DNA from: an uncultured Nitrospiraceae bacterium
GTDB taxonomy: Bacteria; Pseudomonadota; Gammaproteobacteria; Acidiferrobacterales; SPGG2
Reading direction: 5' to 3'
Length of the DNA stretch: 43,663 nucleotides
Assembly: GCA_964347935.1 (NCBI GenBank)
Contig: CAYGAS010000066.1
Coordinates: 1-43,663, forward strand
The translations under genes and the position numbers were made by a program. Each line of letters starts with the position of its first letter. Position 1 is the stretch's first letter. Positions 1 to 7,960 of the stretch are shown here, in pieces. The notes below the pieces were generated by a model that saw nothing but the letters and a program-made list of their open reading frames with translations, had not been told where the DNA came from and did not search any database.

Positions 1-1
1 G

Positions 2-148
2 GACCGCGAGTGGGCGCGCAGCGCTGATGACGTGCTCTGGCGTCGCACCAAGGCCGGATTGCGTCTGTCGAACCAGCAGCGCGCGAGTGTCAGCGAATAC
101 ATGCAGCAGCGCCTGCGTCCGGTGCCGGCGAAACAGCAGCGTAATTGA
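2..148 (+). CDS. glpD: 3' end of aerobic glycerol-3-phosphate dehydrogenase (5' part lies outside the window)
   Basis: The frame is open from the window edge to TGA at 146-148. The peptide DREWARSADDVLWRRTKAGLRLSNQQRASVSEYMQQRL resembles, from memory, the conserved GlpD C-terminus (E. coli ...EWVRRADDALWRRTKQGMWLNADQQSRVSQWL...). Confidence 0.7.
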   Translation, partial: DREWARSADDVLWRRTKAGLRLSNQQRASVSEYMQQRLRPVPAKQQRN

Positions 149-208
149 GGAGCATGCGCCGATGCCCGTATTTCGGCTAGAATCGCGCCTCGCCAAGCAG
201 GATCGTTC

Positions 209-1600
209 ATGAGCACCCTACAGCGAACCATCTCTCCCGTAGACGGCAGTGTCTATGTGGAACGCCCGCACGCATCGACACAAGAGATCGATACCGTACT
301 CGCCAAGGCGACACAGGCACAGGCAGCGTGGAGGCAGGTCTCCCTTGCCGAGCGGGCCGCCTTGTGTACGCGCTTCGTGGATGCCTTTGTCGCCAAGACC
401 AGCGAAATCGCGTCCGAGCTGTCCTGGCAGATGGGGCGACCAGTGAGCGCCGCCGCGGGCGAGGTGCGCGGGTTTGAGGAACGCGCGCGTTACATGATCG
501 AAATCGCCGCGCAAGCACTGGCCGACGTGCAGACTCAGCCTAAAGCCGGGTTCACACGCTTTGTCCGCCGCGAACCGCTGGGCGTGGTGCTGACCATTGC
601 CGCCTGGAACTATCCCTACCTCATCGCCGTCAACAGCGTGGTACCGGCCATCATGGCCGGCAACGCCGTCGTCTTGAAGCATTCTTCGCAAACGCCTCTT
701 TGTGCCGAGCGTTTCGACCAGTGTTTTGGCGAGGCCGGCTTGCCCGAGGGCGTGTTCCAGGTACTGCACCTGGACCATGCCAGCACCGAGCGCGCGATTG
801 CAGATGCGCGCGTCAATTTCGTGGCGTTCACCGGTTCCGTGGAGGGTGGACACGCCATTCAGCGGGCAGCCTCGTCGCGTTTCATCGGCACCGGCTTGGA
901 GCTTGGGGGCAAAGATCCCGCCTATGTCCGGCCCGACGTAAATCTTGCGCACGCGATCGAAAATCTGGTGGACGGGTCGTTTTTTAACTCGGGACAGTCG
1001 TGCTGCGCGATTGAGCGCATCTATGTGCACGAAAAAGTTTACAACCAATTTGTAGAAGGCTTTGTCGAGCTGACGAAACAGTACCGGCTCGGCAATCCGC
1101 TCGATCCCGAAACCAATCTTGGCCCGCTGGTGCGGACCAAGGCCGCTGACTTCGTACGGGTCCAGACCGAGGAAGCAACGCGTGCGGGCGCGCGCGCCTT
1201 GATCGACCCGGCGCTCTTTGCGGCTAATGCGCCCGGCACGCCCTATCTCGCGCCGCAGGTGCTGGTGGATGTGAATCACCGCATGCGCGTCATGAGCGAG
1301 GAGACCTTCGGACCTGTGGTCGGCATCATGAAAGTGCGCTCCGATGACGATGCCGTTGCCTTGATGAATGACAGCCCTTACGGGCTGACGGCATCGATCT
1401 GGACTCAAGACGAGGCCGCCGCTATCGCCATCGGCGATCGCGTGGAGACGGGAACGTGGTTCATGAACCGCTGCGACTACCTCGACCCGGCGCTTGCCTG
1501 GGTCGGCGTCAAGGACTCCGGGCGTGGCTGCACGCTCTCGTCGATCGGCTACGAACACCTGACGCGACCCAAATCTTTTCATCTACGCACGGCAACCTAA
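209..1600 (+). CDS. NAD(P)-dependent aldehyde dehydrogenase family protein (463 aa)
   Basis: Full-length ORF with ALDH hallmarks: FTGSVEGG, the GLELGGKDP glutamate motif and the catalytic Cys in FFNSGQSCCAIERIYV. The long antisense ORF is a GC artefact. Confidence 0.9.
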   Translation: MSTLQRTISPVDGSVYVERPHASTQEIDTVLAKATQAQAAWRQVSLAERAALCTRFVDAFVAKTSEIASELSWQMGRPVSAAAGEVRGFEERARYMIEIAAQALADVQTQPKAGFTRFVRREPLGVVLTIAAWNYPYLIAVNSVVPAIMAGNAVVLKHSSQTPLCAERFDQCFGEAGLPEGVFQVLHLDHASTERAIADARVNFVAFTGSVEGGHAIQRAASSRFIGTGLELGGKDPAYVRPDVNLAHAIENLVDGSFFNSGQSCCAIERIYVHEKVYNQFVEGFVELTKQYRLGNPLDPETNLGPLVRTKAADFVRVQTEEATRAGARALIDPALFAANAPGTPYLAPQVLVDVNHRMRVMSEETFGPVVGIMKVRSDDDAVALMNDSPYGLTASIWTQDEAAAIAIGDRVETGTWFMNRCDYLDPALAWVGVKDSGRGCTLSSIGYEHLTRPKSFHLRTAT

Positions 1601-1604
1601 TAAA

Positions 1605-2768
1605 ATGAATCTGAAAGGCAACTGGAACTACCCGACGAAGGTACGCTTCGGCGCCGGTCGCATTGCCGAACTCGCCGACGCGTGCAACGAGCTCGGCATA
1701 AAGAAACCCATGCTGGTCACCGATCCGGGGCTGGCAAAGCTGCCAATGGTGCAGGACGCGCTCGCGCGCAATGAGGCCGCGGGCCTGGCGAGCGCGCTGT
1801 ACAGCGACGTCAAGCCGAACCCGCTCGCACGCAATGTCGAGGAGGGTCTCAAACGCTACCGTAGCGGCAATCATGATGGCGTGATTGCCTTTGGCGGCGG
1901 CAGTGCGCTCGATGCCGGCAAGACCATTGCCTTCATGGCCGGGCAAACGCGCCCGCTGTGGGACTTCGAGGATATCGGGGATAACTGGAAAGCAGCCGAC
2001 GACGCCGGTATCGATCCGATCATCGCCGTACCGACGACCGCTGGAACGGACTCGGAGGGCGGCCGTGCCGCCGTCATCATGAACGAGGAGACTCACACGA
2101 AGAAGATCCTGTTCCATCCTAAGATGATGCCGTCTATTGTGATCGCCGACCCGGAGCTCACGCTGGGCTTGCCGCCACACATCACTGCCGCTACCGGTAT
2201 GGATGCGCTGGCGCATTGCCTGGAGGCCTACTGCGTGTCCAGCTATCACCCTATGGCCGACGGCATCGCGGTCGAGGGCGCACGTCTGATTAAGGAGTGG
2301 CTGCCCGTTGCCGTGCGCGACGGCAAGGACCTGAGCGCGCGCGCCCACATGATGGTGGCGGCCAGCATGGGCGCTGCGGCCTTTCAAAAAGGCCTCGGCG
2401 CCATTCATGCGCTGTCGCATCCCGTTGGCTCGCTGTACGACACACACCACGGCTTGACCAACGGCGTGGTGATGCCCTACGTGCTCGCCTTTAACCGCAC
2501 GGCGATTGACGAGAAGATGACACGCCTGGCAGCGTGGCTCTCCTTGCCGGATCCATCGTTTGCCGCCGTGATGCAATGGGTGTTAGCGTTGCGCGAAGAG
2601 ATCGCGATCCCACATACCCTGCGAGAGCTCGGCGTCGAAAGCGACCGCCTCGATGCGCTCGCGCAGATGGCGGCCATCGATCCCACGGCCAGCGGCAATC
2701 CGGTCACTGTGGGTGTCAAGGAGCTCAAGACGCTGTTCGTTGCGTCCATTGAAGGGCGTTTGGATTAA
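1605..2768 (+). CDS. Iron-containing (group III) alcohol dehydrogenase
   Basis: 387-aa ORF starting 4 nt after the ALDH stop. It has the GGGSALDAGK glycine motif and His-rich metal-ligand region (DALAHCLEAY ... IHALSHPVG ... THHGLTNG) typical of Fe-ADH. Confidence 0.9.
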   Translation: MNLKGNWNYPTKVRFGAGRIAELADACNELGIKKPMLVTDPGLAKLPMVQDALARNEAAGLASALYSDVKPNPLARNVEEGLKRYRSGNHDGVIAFGGGSALDAGKTIAFMAGQTRPLWDFEDIGDNWKAADDAGIDPIIAVPTTAGTDSEGGRAAVIMNEETHTKKILFHPKMMPSIVIADPELTLGLPPHITAATGMDALAHCLEAYCVSSYHPMADGIAVEGARLIKEWLPVAVRDGKDLSARAHMMVAASMGAAAFQKGLGAIHALSHPVGSLYDTHHGLTNGVVMPYVLAFNRTAIDEKMTRLAAWLSLPDPSFAAVMQWVLALREEIAIPHTLRELGVESDRLDALAQMAAIDPTASGNPVTVGVKELKTLFVASIEGRLD

Positions 2769-2797
2769 GGCAACGTCCCAAGCTATGGAGTCAAGCG

Positions 2798-3364
2798 ATG
2801 ACTGAGGAAATTCTGCGTGGACGACGCAAAGCCCTGGAAGAGTCATTTTTCGCCAAACAAAACGAAAAACTGCGCCGCGCCTTGCGCGAGCAATTGGCAG
2901 CCAAGGCGAAAAAAGAAGCGCTAGCGGCCGCCTCGGGCATCAGTGACGATGCCGTGCTCGAAGAGTTGATCGCGCTCGATATTGCCGCCGACACCGTGGC
3001 GGCGCTGGCACTGGTGCCGTTGGTCGAGGTCGCGTGGGCCGACGGCAGCATCGATGAGAAGGAACGAGCCGCGATCCTTGCGGCCGCTGAACAATCCGGC
3101 CTGGAAAAAGGCGGCGCCAGTCACCAGCTACTCCAAAGCTGGCTCGCCGAGCCCCCCGCTCAACAGGTACGAAGCGCTTGGAAGGACTATGTGAATGCGC
3201 TCAGCAATACGCTCAGCGCCGGGCCGCGGCAAGCCCTCAAGAAGCAAGTCGTCGGGCGCGCACGTGCGGTCGCCGAGGCAGCAGGTGGCTTCCTCGGGCT
3301 CGGCAGCAAGGTCTCTAGCAAAGAACAGGCGGTGCTGGACGAGTTGGAGCAAGCGTTTTCCTGA
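2798..3364 (+). CDS. TerB-like / DjlA-N-like helical protein of unknown function
   Basis: 188-aa ORF. It has a coiled-coil-like Lys/Ala/Glu-rich N-terminus, then VEVAWADGSIDEKERAAIL, which matches the TerB-type ADG...E...E motif from memory. It has no signal peptide. Confidence 0.55.
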   Translation: MTEEILRGRRKALEESFFAKQNEKLRRALREQLAAKAKKEALAAASGISDDAVLEELIALDIAADTVAALALVPLVEVAWADGSIDEKERAAILAAAEQSGLEKGGASHQLLQSWLAEPPAQQVRSAWKDYVNALSNTLSAGPRQALKKQVVGRARAVAEAAGGFLGLGSKVSSKEQAVLDELEQAFS

Positions 3365-3376
3365 GTCTTTCCGCGC

Positions 3377-4417
3377 GTGCACTTAGCTAATATGAATGCA
3401 CCGATGAGCGTCGCTTTCCCCGCGCGTATTCGCCTCGCGCAGCTGCCGACACCGTTGCAGCCGCTCGACAGGCTCTCGGCCGAGATTGGCGGGCCCCGCT
3501 TGTGGGTCAAGCGGGACGACCTCACCGGTTCGGCCTTGAGCGGCAACAAAGTACGCAAGCTCGAGTTCTCCGTCGGCGAGGCGTTGCAGCAAAAGTGCGA
3601 TACCCTGATTAGCTGCGGCGGCGTGCAGTCCAACCATTGTCGTGCGACAGCGATCGTCGGTGCCCAAGTGGGGCTCCACGTGCATCTCTGCCTGCGCGGG
3701 ACACCCGAGGAGTTGCCGCAGGGAAACTTGTTTCTCGATTACCTGGCCGGGGCGACGGTGTCTTACTACGAACCGGGCGAGTACGGTGCGCGCCGAGATG
3801 AGATCCTGGCGGAGGTTCGAGACCGCTACGCGCGAAGCGGACAGAAAGCGTTTATCATCCCCTCGGGCGCGAGCGACGAGATCGGTCTTTGGGGGTACAT
3901 CGCCGCCTGCGAGGAGCTCAAGGCCGATTGCGCCCGCCTAGGCTTTGCGCCGGATCATATCGTCTGTGCGGTCGGATCCGGCGGCACGCTGGCTGGGTTG
4001 ATTCTGGGAAACGCTCTTTACGATCTCGGGGCAACGGTCTGGAGCATCAATGTCGACGAGAATGCAGCCTATTTCGAAGAGAAGATTCGCGCCGATTTCG
4101 AAAAGTGGAAGACGCGCTACCGACAGGGACTGAATGTCGACGCCTTGCCGATCAACGTGATTGAAGGTTATCTCGGGGCCGGCTACGGCCAGGCTGGGCC
4201 CGAGGTGCTTGCGACGATTCGCCGCGTCGCTGCCACAGAGGGCATCATTCTCGACCCGGTGTACACGGGCAAGACCTTCCACGGCTTGCTTAACGAAATC
4301 GAGCATAGCCGCTTTCGCGGCGCTAAGAATATTATCTTCATACACACTGGCGGGATCTTCGGTTTGCTGGCTCAGCACGGCGAGTTCGAATTCGACACCC
4401 GGGCAAGCAGCGCATGA
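3377..4417 (+). CDS. PLP-dependent enzyme of the ACC deaminase / D-cysteine desulfhydrase (CuyA-like) family
   Basis: The motif LSGNKVRKLEF contains the PLP lysine and is characteristic of this family, as is the PTPL...KRDDLTG N-terminus. The true start may be an internal Met (M6 or M10). The stop overlaps the next ATG (ATGA at 4414-4417). Confidence 0.85.
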   Translation: MHLANMNAPMSVAFPARIRLAQLPTPLQPLDRLSAEIGGPRLWVKRDDLTGSALSGNKVRKLEFSVGEALQQKCDTLISCGGVQSNHCRATAIVGAQVGLHVHLCLRGTPEELPQGNLFLDYLAGATVSYYEPGEYGARRDEILAEVRDRYARSGQKAFIIPSGASDEIGLWGYIAACEELKADCARLGFAPDHIVCAVGSGGTLAGLILGNALYDLGATVWSINVDENAAYFEEKIRADFEKWKTRYRQGLNVDALPINVIEGYLGAGYGQAGPEVLATIRRVAATEGIILDPVYTGKTFHGLLNEIEHSRFRGAKNIIFIHTGGIFGLLAQHGEFEFDTRASSA

Positions 4418-4965
4418 CCAGCAAGGCTGCGAAAAACGCCGTCACCTGGCCGGAGGAGATCTTCGAGGTCCTCAAGGAGGTCGGCATCCGTCAGGCGGCC
4501 TATGTGCCCGATGCCGGGCATGCGCGCCTGATCGCGCTTTGCCAGACCGATGAGACCATGCGCGCGGTTCCGCTTACTACAGAAGAAGAAGGCGTGGCGC
4601 TGCTCGCCGGTGCATGGCTCGGTGGCGAACGGGGCGTGTTATTGATGCAGTCAAGCGGTGTAGGCAACTGCATCAACATGTTGGCGATGGCAGCCGAGTG
4701 CCGATTCCCTTTGCTCATGCTCGTGACCATGCGTGGCGAGTGGGGGGAGTTCAATCCCTGGCAAATACCGATGGGGCAGAATGCGCGGCGTGTGCTCGAG
4801 GACATGGGAGTGGGCATATATTATGTCGATGAAACCCAACGGTTGGCGGAAACGGTCAATGCGGCGGCGCGGCTCGCGTTCGACACCTCGCGCATGGTTG
4901 CCGTCATCATTTCGCAACGTATCATCGGCTTTAAGGATTGGAATGCGACGCAGGGAGATAATTGA
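4414..4965 (+). CDS. ThDP-dependent 2-oxoacid decarboxylase, alpha (PYR-domain) subunit, sulfopyruvate/phosphonopyruvate decarboxylase-like
   Basis: 183 aa. TTEEEGVALLAGAWLGGERGVLLMQSSGVGNCIN...VTMRGEWGEFNPWQIPMG matches the ComD / Ppd N-terminal-half pattern. It is translationally coupled to the upstream PLP enzyme. Confidence 0.8.
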   Translation: MTSKAAKNAVTWPEEIFEVLKEVGIRQAAYVPDAGHARLIALCQTDETMRAVPLTTEEEGVALLAGAWLGGERGVLLMQSSGVGNCINMLAMAAECRFPLLMLVTMRGEWGEFNPWQIPMGQNARRVLEDMGVGIYYVDETQRLAETVNAAARLAFDTSRMVAVIISQRIIGFKDWNATQGDN

Positions 4966-5177
4966 TATCGCTTTTGGCTTGCCGGTATCCGCGCTTGGCT
5001 CCGCGCTGCGCCGTGTGTCGCTAGCGCCTTGGCGCCTTCCGACAAGACATCCCTGTCTCGGCGGTCGGGCGCAACATCCTGTCCGCGCCCCCTGGCGGGG
5101 CGTGGTCCAAGCCGCTAGCGGGACTTCGCAAGTCGCCTCGCGCAAACGCCGGCAGGCGCCAACAAACAAACGGTTCG

Positions 5178-5777
5178 ATGGCTAACACTAAAGACATTAA
5201 GCTCGACCGCCGCGAAGTCATGGCACAGATCCTGAAAGAGCGCGGTGATGCGCTGGTCGTGACCGGTTTGGGCAGTACTTGCTGGGACGCTGCCGCCGCG
5301 GGCGATACGCCGCGTAATTTTTACGTCTGGGGCGCGATGGGCGGAGCAGCCATGATCGGCCTCGGGCTGGCGCTTGCTCAGCCCAAACGACGTGTGCTCG
5401 TCCTGACCGGCGATGGCGAGATGCTGATGGGTCTGGGCGGCCTTGCTACGATCGTCGTGCAGCGGCCGTCCAACCTTTCGGTTGTCGTCATCGATAACGA
5501 GCACTACGGTGAGACGGGCATGCAAAGCACACATACGCGCTTCGGAATCGACCTTGCCGGCATCGCCCGGGCCGCGGGCTTTGCGCACAGCACATGCGTT
5601 TACGCGGAAGACGAACTTAGAGTCTTGATTCCGACACTCTACAACGACAGCGGTCCGATATTCGCTGTCGTCAAGGTGATGGCGCGCTCCTATCCGACGG
5701 TCCTGCCGGCGCGCGACGGTACTTACCTCAAGAATCGTTTCCGGGCGGCCGTGCTCGAAGACAAGGCGACTAACTAA
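5178..5777 (+). CDS. ThDP-dependent 2-oxoacid decarboxylase, beta (PP-domain) subunit, ComE-like
   Basis: 199 aa. It has the ThDP/Mg motif LTGDGEMLMGLGGLATI...VVVIDNEHYGETGMQ (GDG...N). Confidence 0.8.
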   Translation: MANTKDIKLDRREVMAQILKERGDALVVTGLGSTCWDAAAAGDTPRNFYVWGAMGGAAMIGLGLALAQPKRRVLVLTGDGEMLMGLGGLATIVVQRPSNLSVVVIDNEHYGETGMQSTHTRFGIDLAGIARAAGFAHSTCVYAEDELRVLIPTLYNDSGPIFAVVKVMARSYPTVLPARDGTYLKNRFRAAVLEDKATN

Positions 5778-5998
5778 CTAGCATTTGTCTCCACATCTAA
5801 GACGATTGAGCAAGCCATGACACCCTGAGAGTAACGCAGAGAATGCTTGAAAACAGACACTATTTTGGTTTTCTCCGCGTACGTGGCGTCTCAACAATCT
5901 TTGCGTTTATTCCAGAGCGTCACAAATAGGATGGTACCTCGAGACAGCTTTTAGGCATCGGCTCCTTTCCAAAGGTCGCAGCCGATTAGAATTTATTT

Positions 5999-7939
5999 AT
6001 GTCCCATTCCGTCATCAACGGAGTCCAGCAAATTTGGGCGCGCGCCGTGATCACTTGCATGATCATCGCGCTTATGGTGCCGATTGCAAGCCATGCCGCC
6101 ACTTTCACCGTAGACAGCACCGCAGACACAGTTGACGCCAATCCGGGGGATGGCATCTGCGCCGATCTCTCGGGTCTATGCACCTTACGGGCCGCCGTCC
6201 GAGAAGCCAATGCCTTAGCGGGTAGCGATTCGATCGCGCTGGATACGAATACGTATACCTTGACCGGTCTGTCGGGCGAGGACCTCGCGCTCTCGGGCGA
6301 TTTGGACATCCTCGACGACCTGACGATTACCGGGACGGGAGCCGCGAATACCATTATCGATGGGGGTGGCGTCGACCGCATCTTTGACATCGATCCTTTG
6401 GGCGCGGGAGTTACTGTCACTGTCTCTGACCTGACCATCCGTGGCGGCGATGTGCTCGGCGAACCTGGCGGCGGCATTCGCAATGCCGGGACGCTAGTTC
6501 TAGACAACACGACTATCAGCAGTAACAACGTATCCGCAGCTAAGGGCGGTGCGATCTTGAGCTCAGGCACCCTCACGCTAACAGAGAGCACGGTGAGCGG
6601 GAACGACGCCGATGGTAATGGCGGCGGGATCTTTAATGACAATGGCTTGCTGACGGTGACTCGTAGTACGGTGAGCGGTAACCGTGCCACCGGTCCGGGG
6701 AATAGCGGTGGCGCGATTTACAATACCAACGGTGGTTCGCTCATAATTACCAATAGCACGATCACCAATAACACTGCGGCTACTTCGGGCGGTGGTATCT
6801 TTAATAGCAGTGGCGCCACGGCTACTTCCACCAACGATACGATAAGCCATAACTCAGCCAACCTTAACAACGGTGGCGGGATCTTCAACAATGGCACCGC
6901 CGCGCTAACCAATAGCATCGTCGCCAACAACACAGGTGGTAACTGTGCCGGGACGACTGCGATCACATCCAACGGTAACAACCTGGACAGCGCCAATACC
7001 TGTGGCTTCGCTGCGGCCGGCGACATTACCGGGCAGGACCCGCTGCTGGGTACGTTGGCGGACAATGGCGGACCAACGCAAACCCGTGAGCTTCTGGCCG
7101 GCAGTCCGGCCATCGATGCCGGCAACAATGCCGCCTGCCCGCCAACCGATCAGCGCGGCGCTATACGCCCATCTAACGGCACCTGTGATATCGGCGCTTT
7201 TGAAGTCGCCCCGGAGGTTGACCTGGCACTCACCAAGGATGACGGTGAAGAGTGTGCGGATCTGGACGATGTCCTGAACTATGTCATCACTGTCACGAAT
7301 AACAGTAGCGCTGACGCGACCGGCGTTACGGTCACGGATACGCTCCCAACTTCTGTCACGTTTGTCGCGGTCAATTCCAGTGCCGGCGGCTGCACCGTAT
7401 CTGGCGCCACCGTCACGTGCAATATCGGCACCCTTACAGGGAACACTAGCGCTACGATCACCCTCAGCGCCAGGGCAGATGTGATCGAAGAAATCACGAA
7501 CACCGCCGACGTGAGCCTGAACGAATTCGATACGAATCCAGATAACAATACCGCTAGCGATAACACCCGTATCAATTGTTCTTGCTTGTTCACCAGCTGT
7601 GATGATGACTGCTTCATCGCCACGGCTGCCTACGGCAGCCCGATGGAAAAAGAGGTGAGAGTGCTGCGCGCCTTTCGGGATCAGTACCTCCTGACTAATG
7701 CCGCTGGCAGGAAATTTGTCGAGCTCTATTACCGTTACAGTCCGCCCGTGGCCGCGTATATTGCCAAGCGTGACGCCTTGCGGGCGGTGGTTCGCGGCAG
7801 CTTGAAGCCGCTTATCTGGTTAAGCCGCGCGCTAGTTCAGGGAAACGCTGTAGGTCAAACAGAGGGAACAGAGGCAAGGTTGTCGCCCGGGTCCGCCCGC
7901 CGCTACGATAGCCGTATCGGAGCAACCCAGTCCCAATAA
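5999..7939 (+). CDS. Secreted right-handed beta-helix protein (Pmp/GGAI-repeat, choice-of-anchor-Q-like) with a DUF11-type repeat domain and a Cys-rich [11 protein letters not shown]-terminal domain
   Basis: Evidence in order along the protein:
- Signal peptide (...[11 protein letters not shown]).
- N-terminal [35 protein letters not shown].
- Six GGG(A)I(F)N rungs.
- [29 protein letters not shown]...[17 protein letters not shown].
- DLALTK...[17 protein letters not shown] (DUF11/TIGR01451-like).
- [22 protein letters not shown]....LRAFRDQYL. Confidence 0.8.
   Translation: MSHSVINGVQQIWARAVITCMIIALMVPIASHAATFTVDSTADTVDANPGDGICADLSGLCTLRAAVREANALAGSDSIALDTNTYTLTGLSGEDLALSGDLDILDDLTITGTGAANTIIDGGGVDRIFDIDPLGAGVTVTVSDLTIRGGDVLGEPGGGIRNAGTLVLDNTTISSNNVSAAKGGAILSSGTLTLTESTVSGNDADGNGGGIFNDNGLLTVTRSTVSGNRATGPGNSGGAIYNTNGGSLIITNSTITNNTAATSGGGIFNSSGATATSTNDTISHNSANLNNGGGIFNNGTAALTNSIVANNTGGNCAGTTAITSNGNNLDSANTCGFAAAGDITGQDPLLGTLADNGGPTQTRELLAGSPAIDAGNNAACPPTDQRGAIRPSNGTCDIGAFEVAPEVDLALTKDDGEECADLDDVLNYVITVTNNSSADATGVTVTDTLPTSVTFVAVNSSAGGCTVSGATVTCNIGTLTGNTSATITLSARADVIEEITNTADVSLNEFDTNPDNNTASDNTRINCSCLFTSCDDDCFIATAAYGSPMEKEVRVLRAFRDQYLLTNAAGRKFVELYYRYSPPVAAYIAKRDALRAVVRGSLKPLIWLSRALVQGNAVGQTEGTEARLSPGSARRYDSRIGATQSQ
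6416..6934 (+). repeat. Intragenic periodic beta-helix rungs (about 25-29 codons per rung)
   Basis: GGGI/GGAI motifs fall at protein positions 157, 183, 208, 237, 264 and 292. Each is followed by N.G.L....ST(V/I)SGN-type strands. At DNA level there are recurring ggcggNggNatcttNaa segments. Confidence 0.6.
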
Positions 7940-7960
7940 ATCCGCGCTAGGAGAAACGCC

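Noticed and set aside
218-1582. A 454-aa minus-strand ORF antisense to the first ALDH. Similar cases are 1509-2576, 5986-6690, 8291-8974, 18980-19726, 27265-28272 and 39910-40653.
   Set aside because: All mirror well-supported genes on the other strand and have low-complexity Arg/Gly/Ala-rich translations without motifs. I treat them as GC-driven artefacts.
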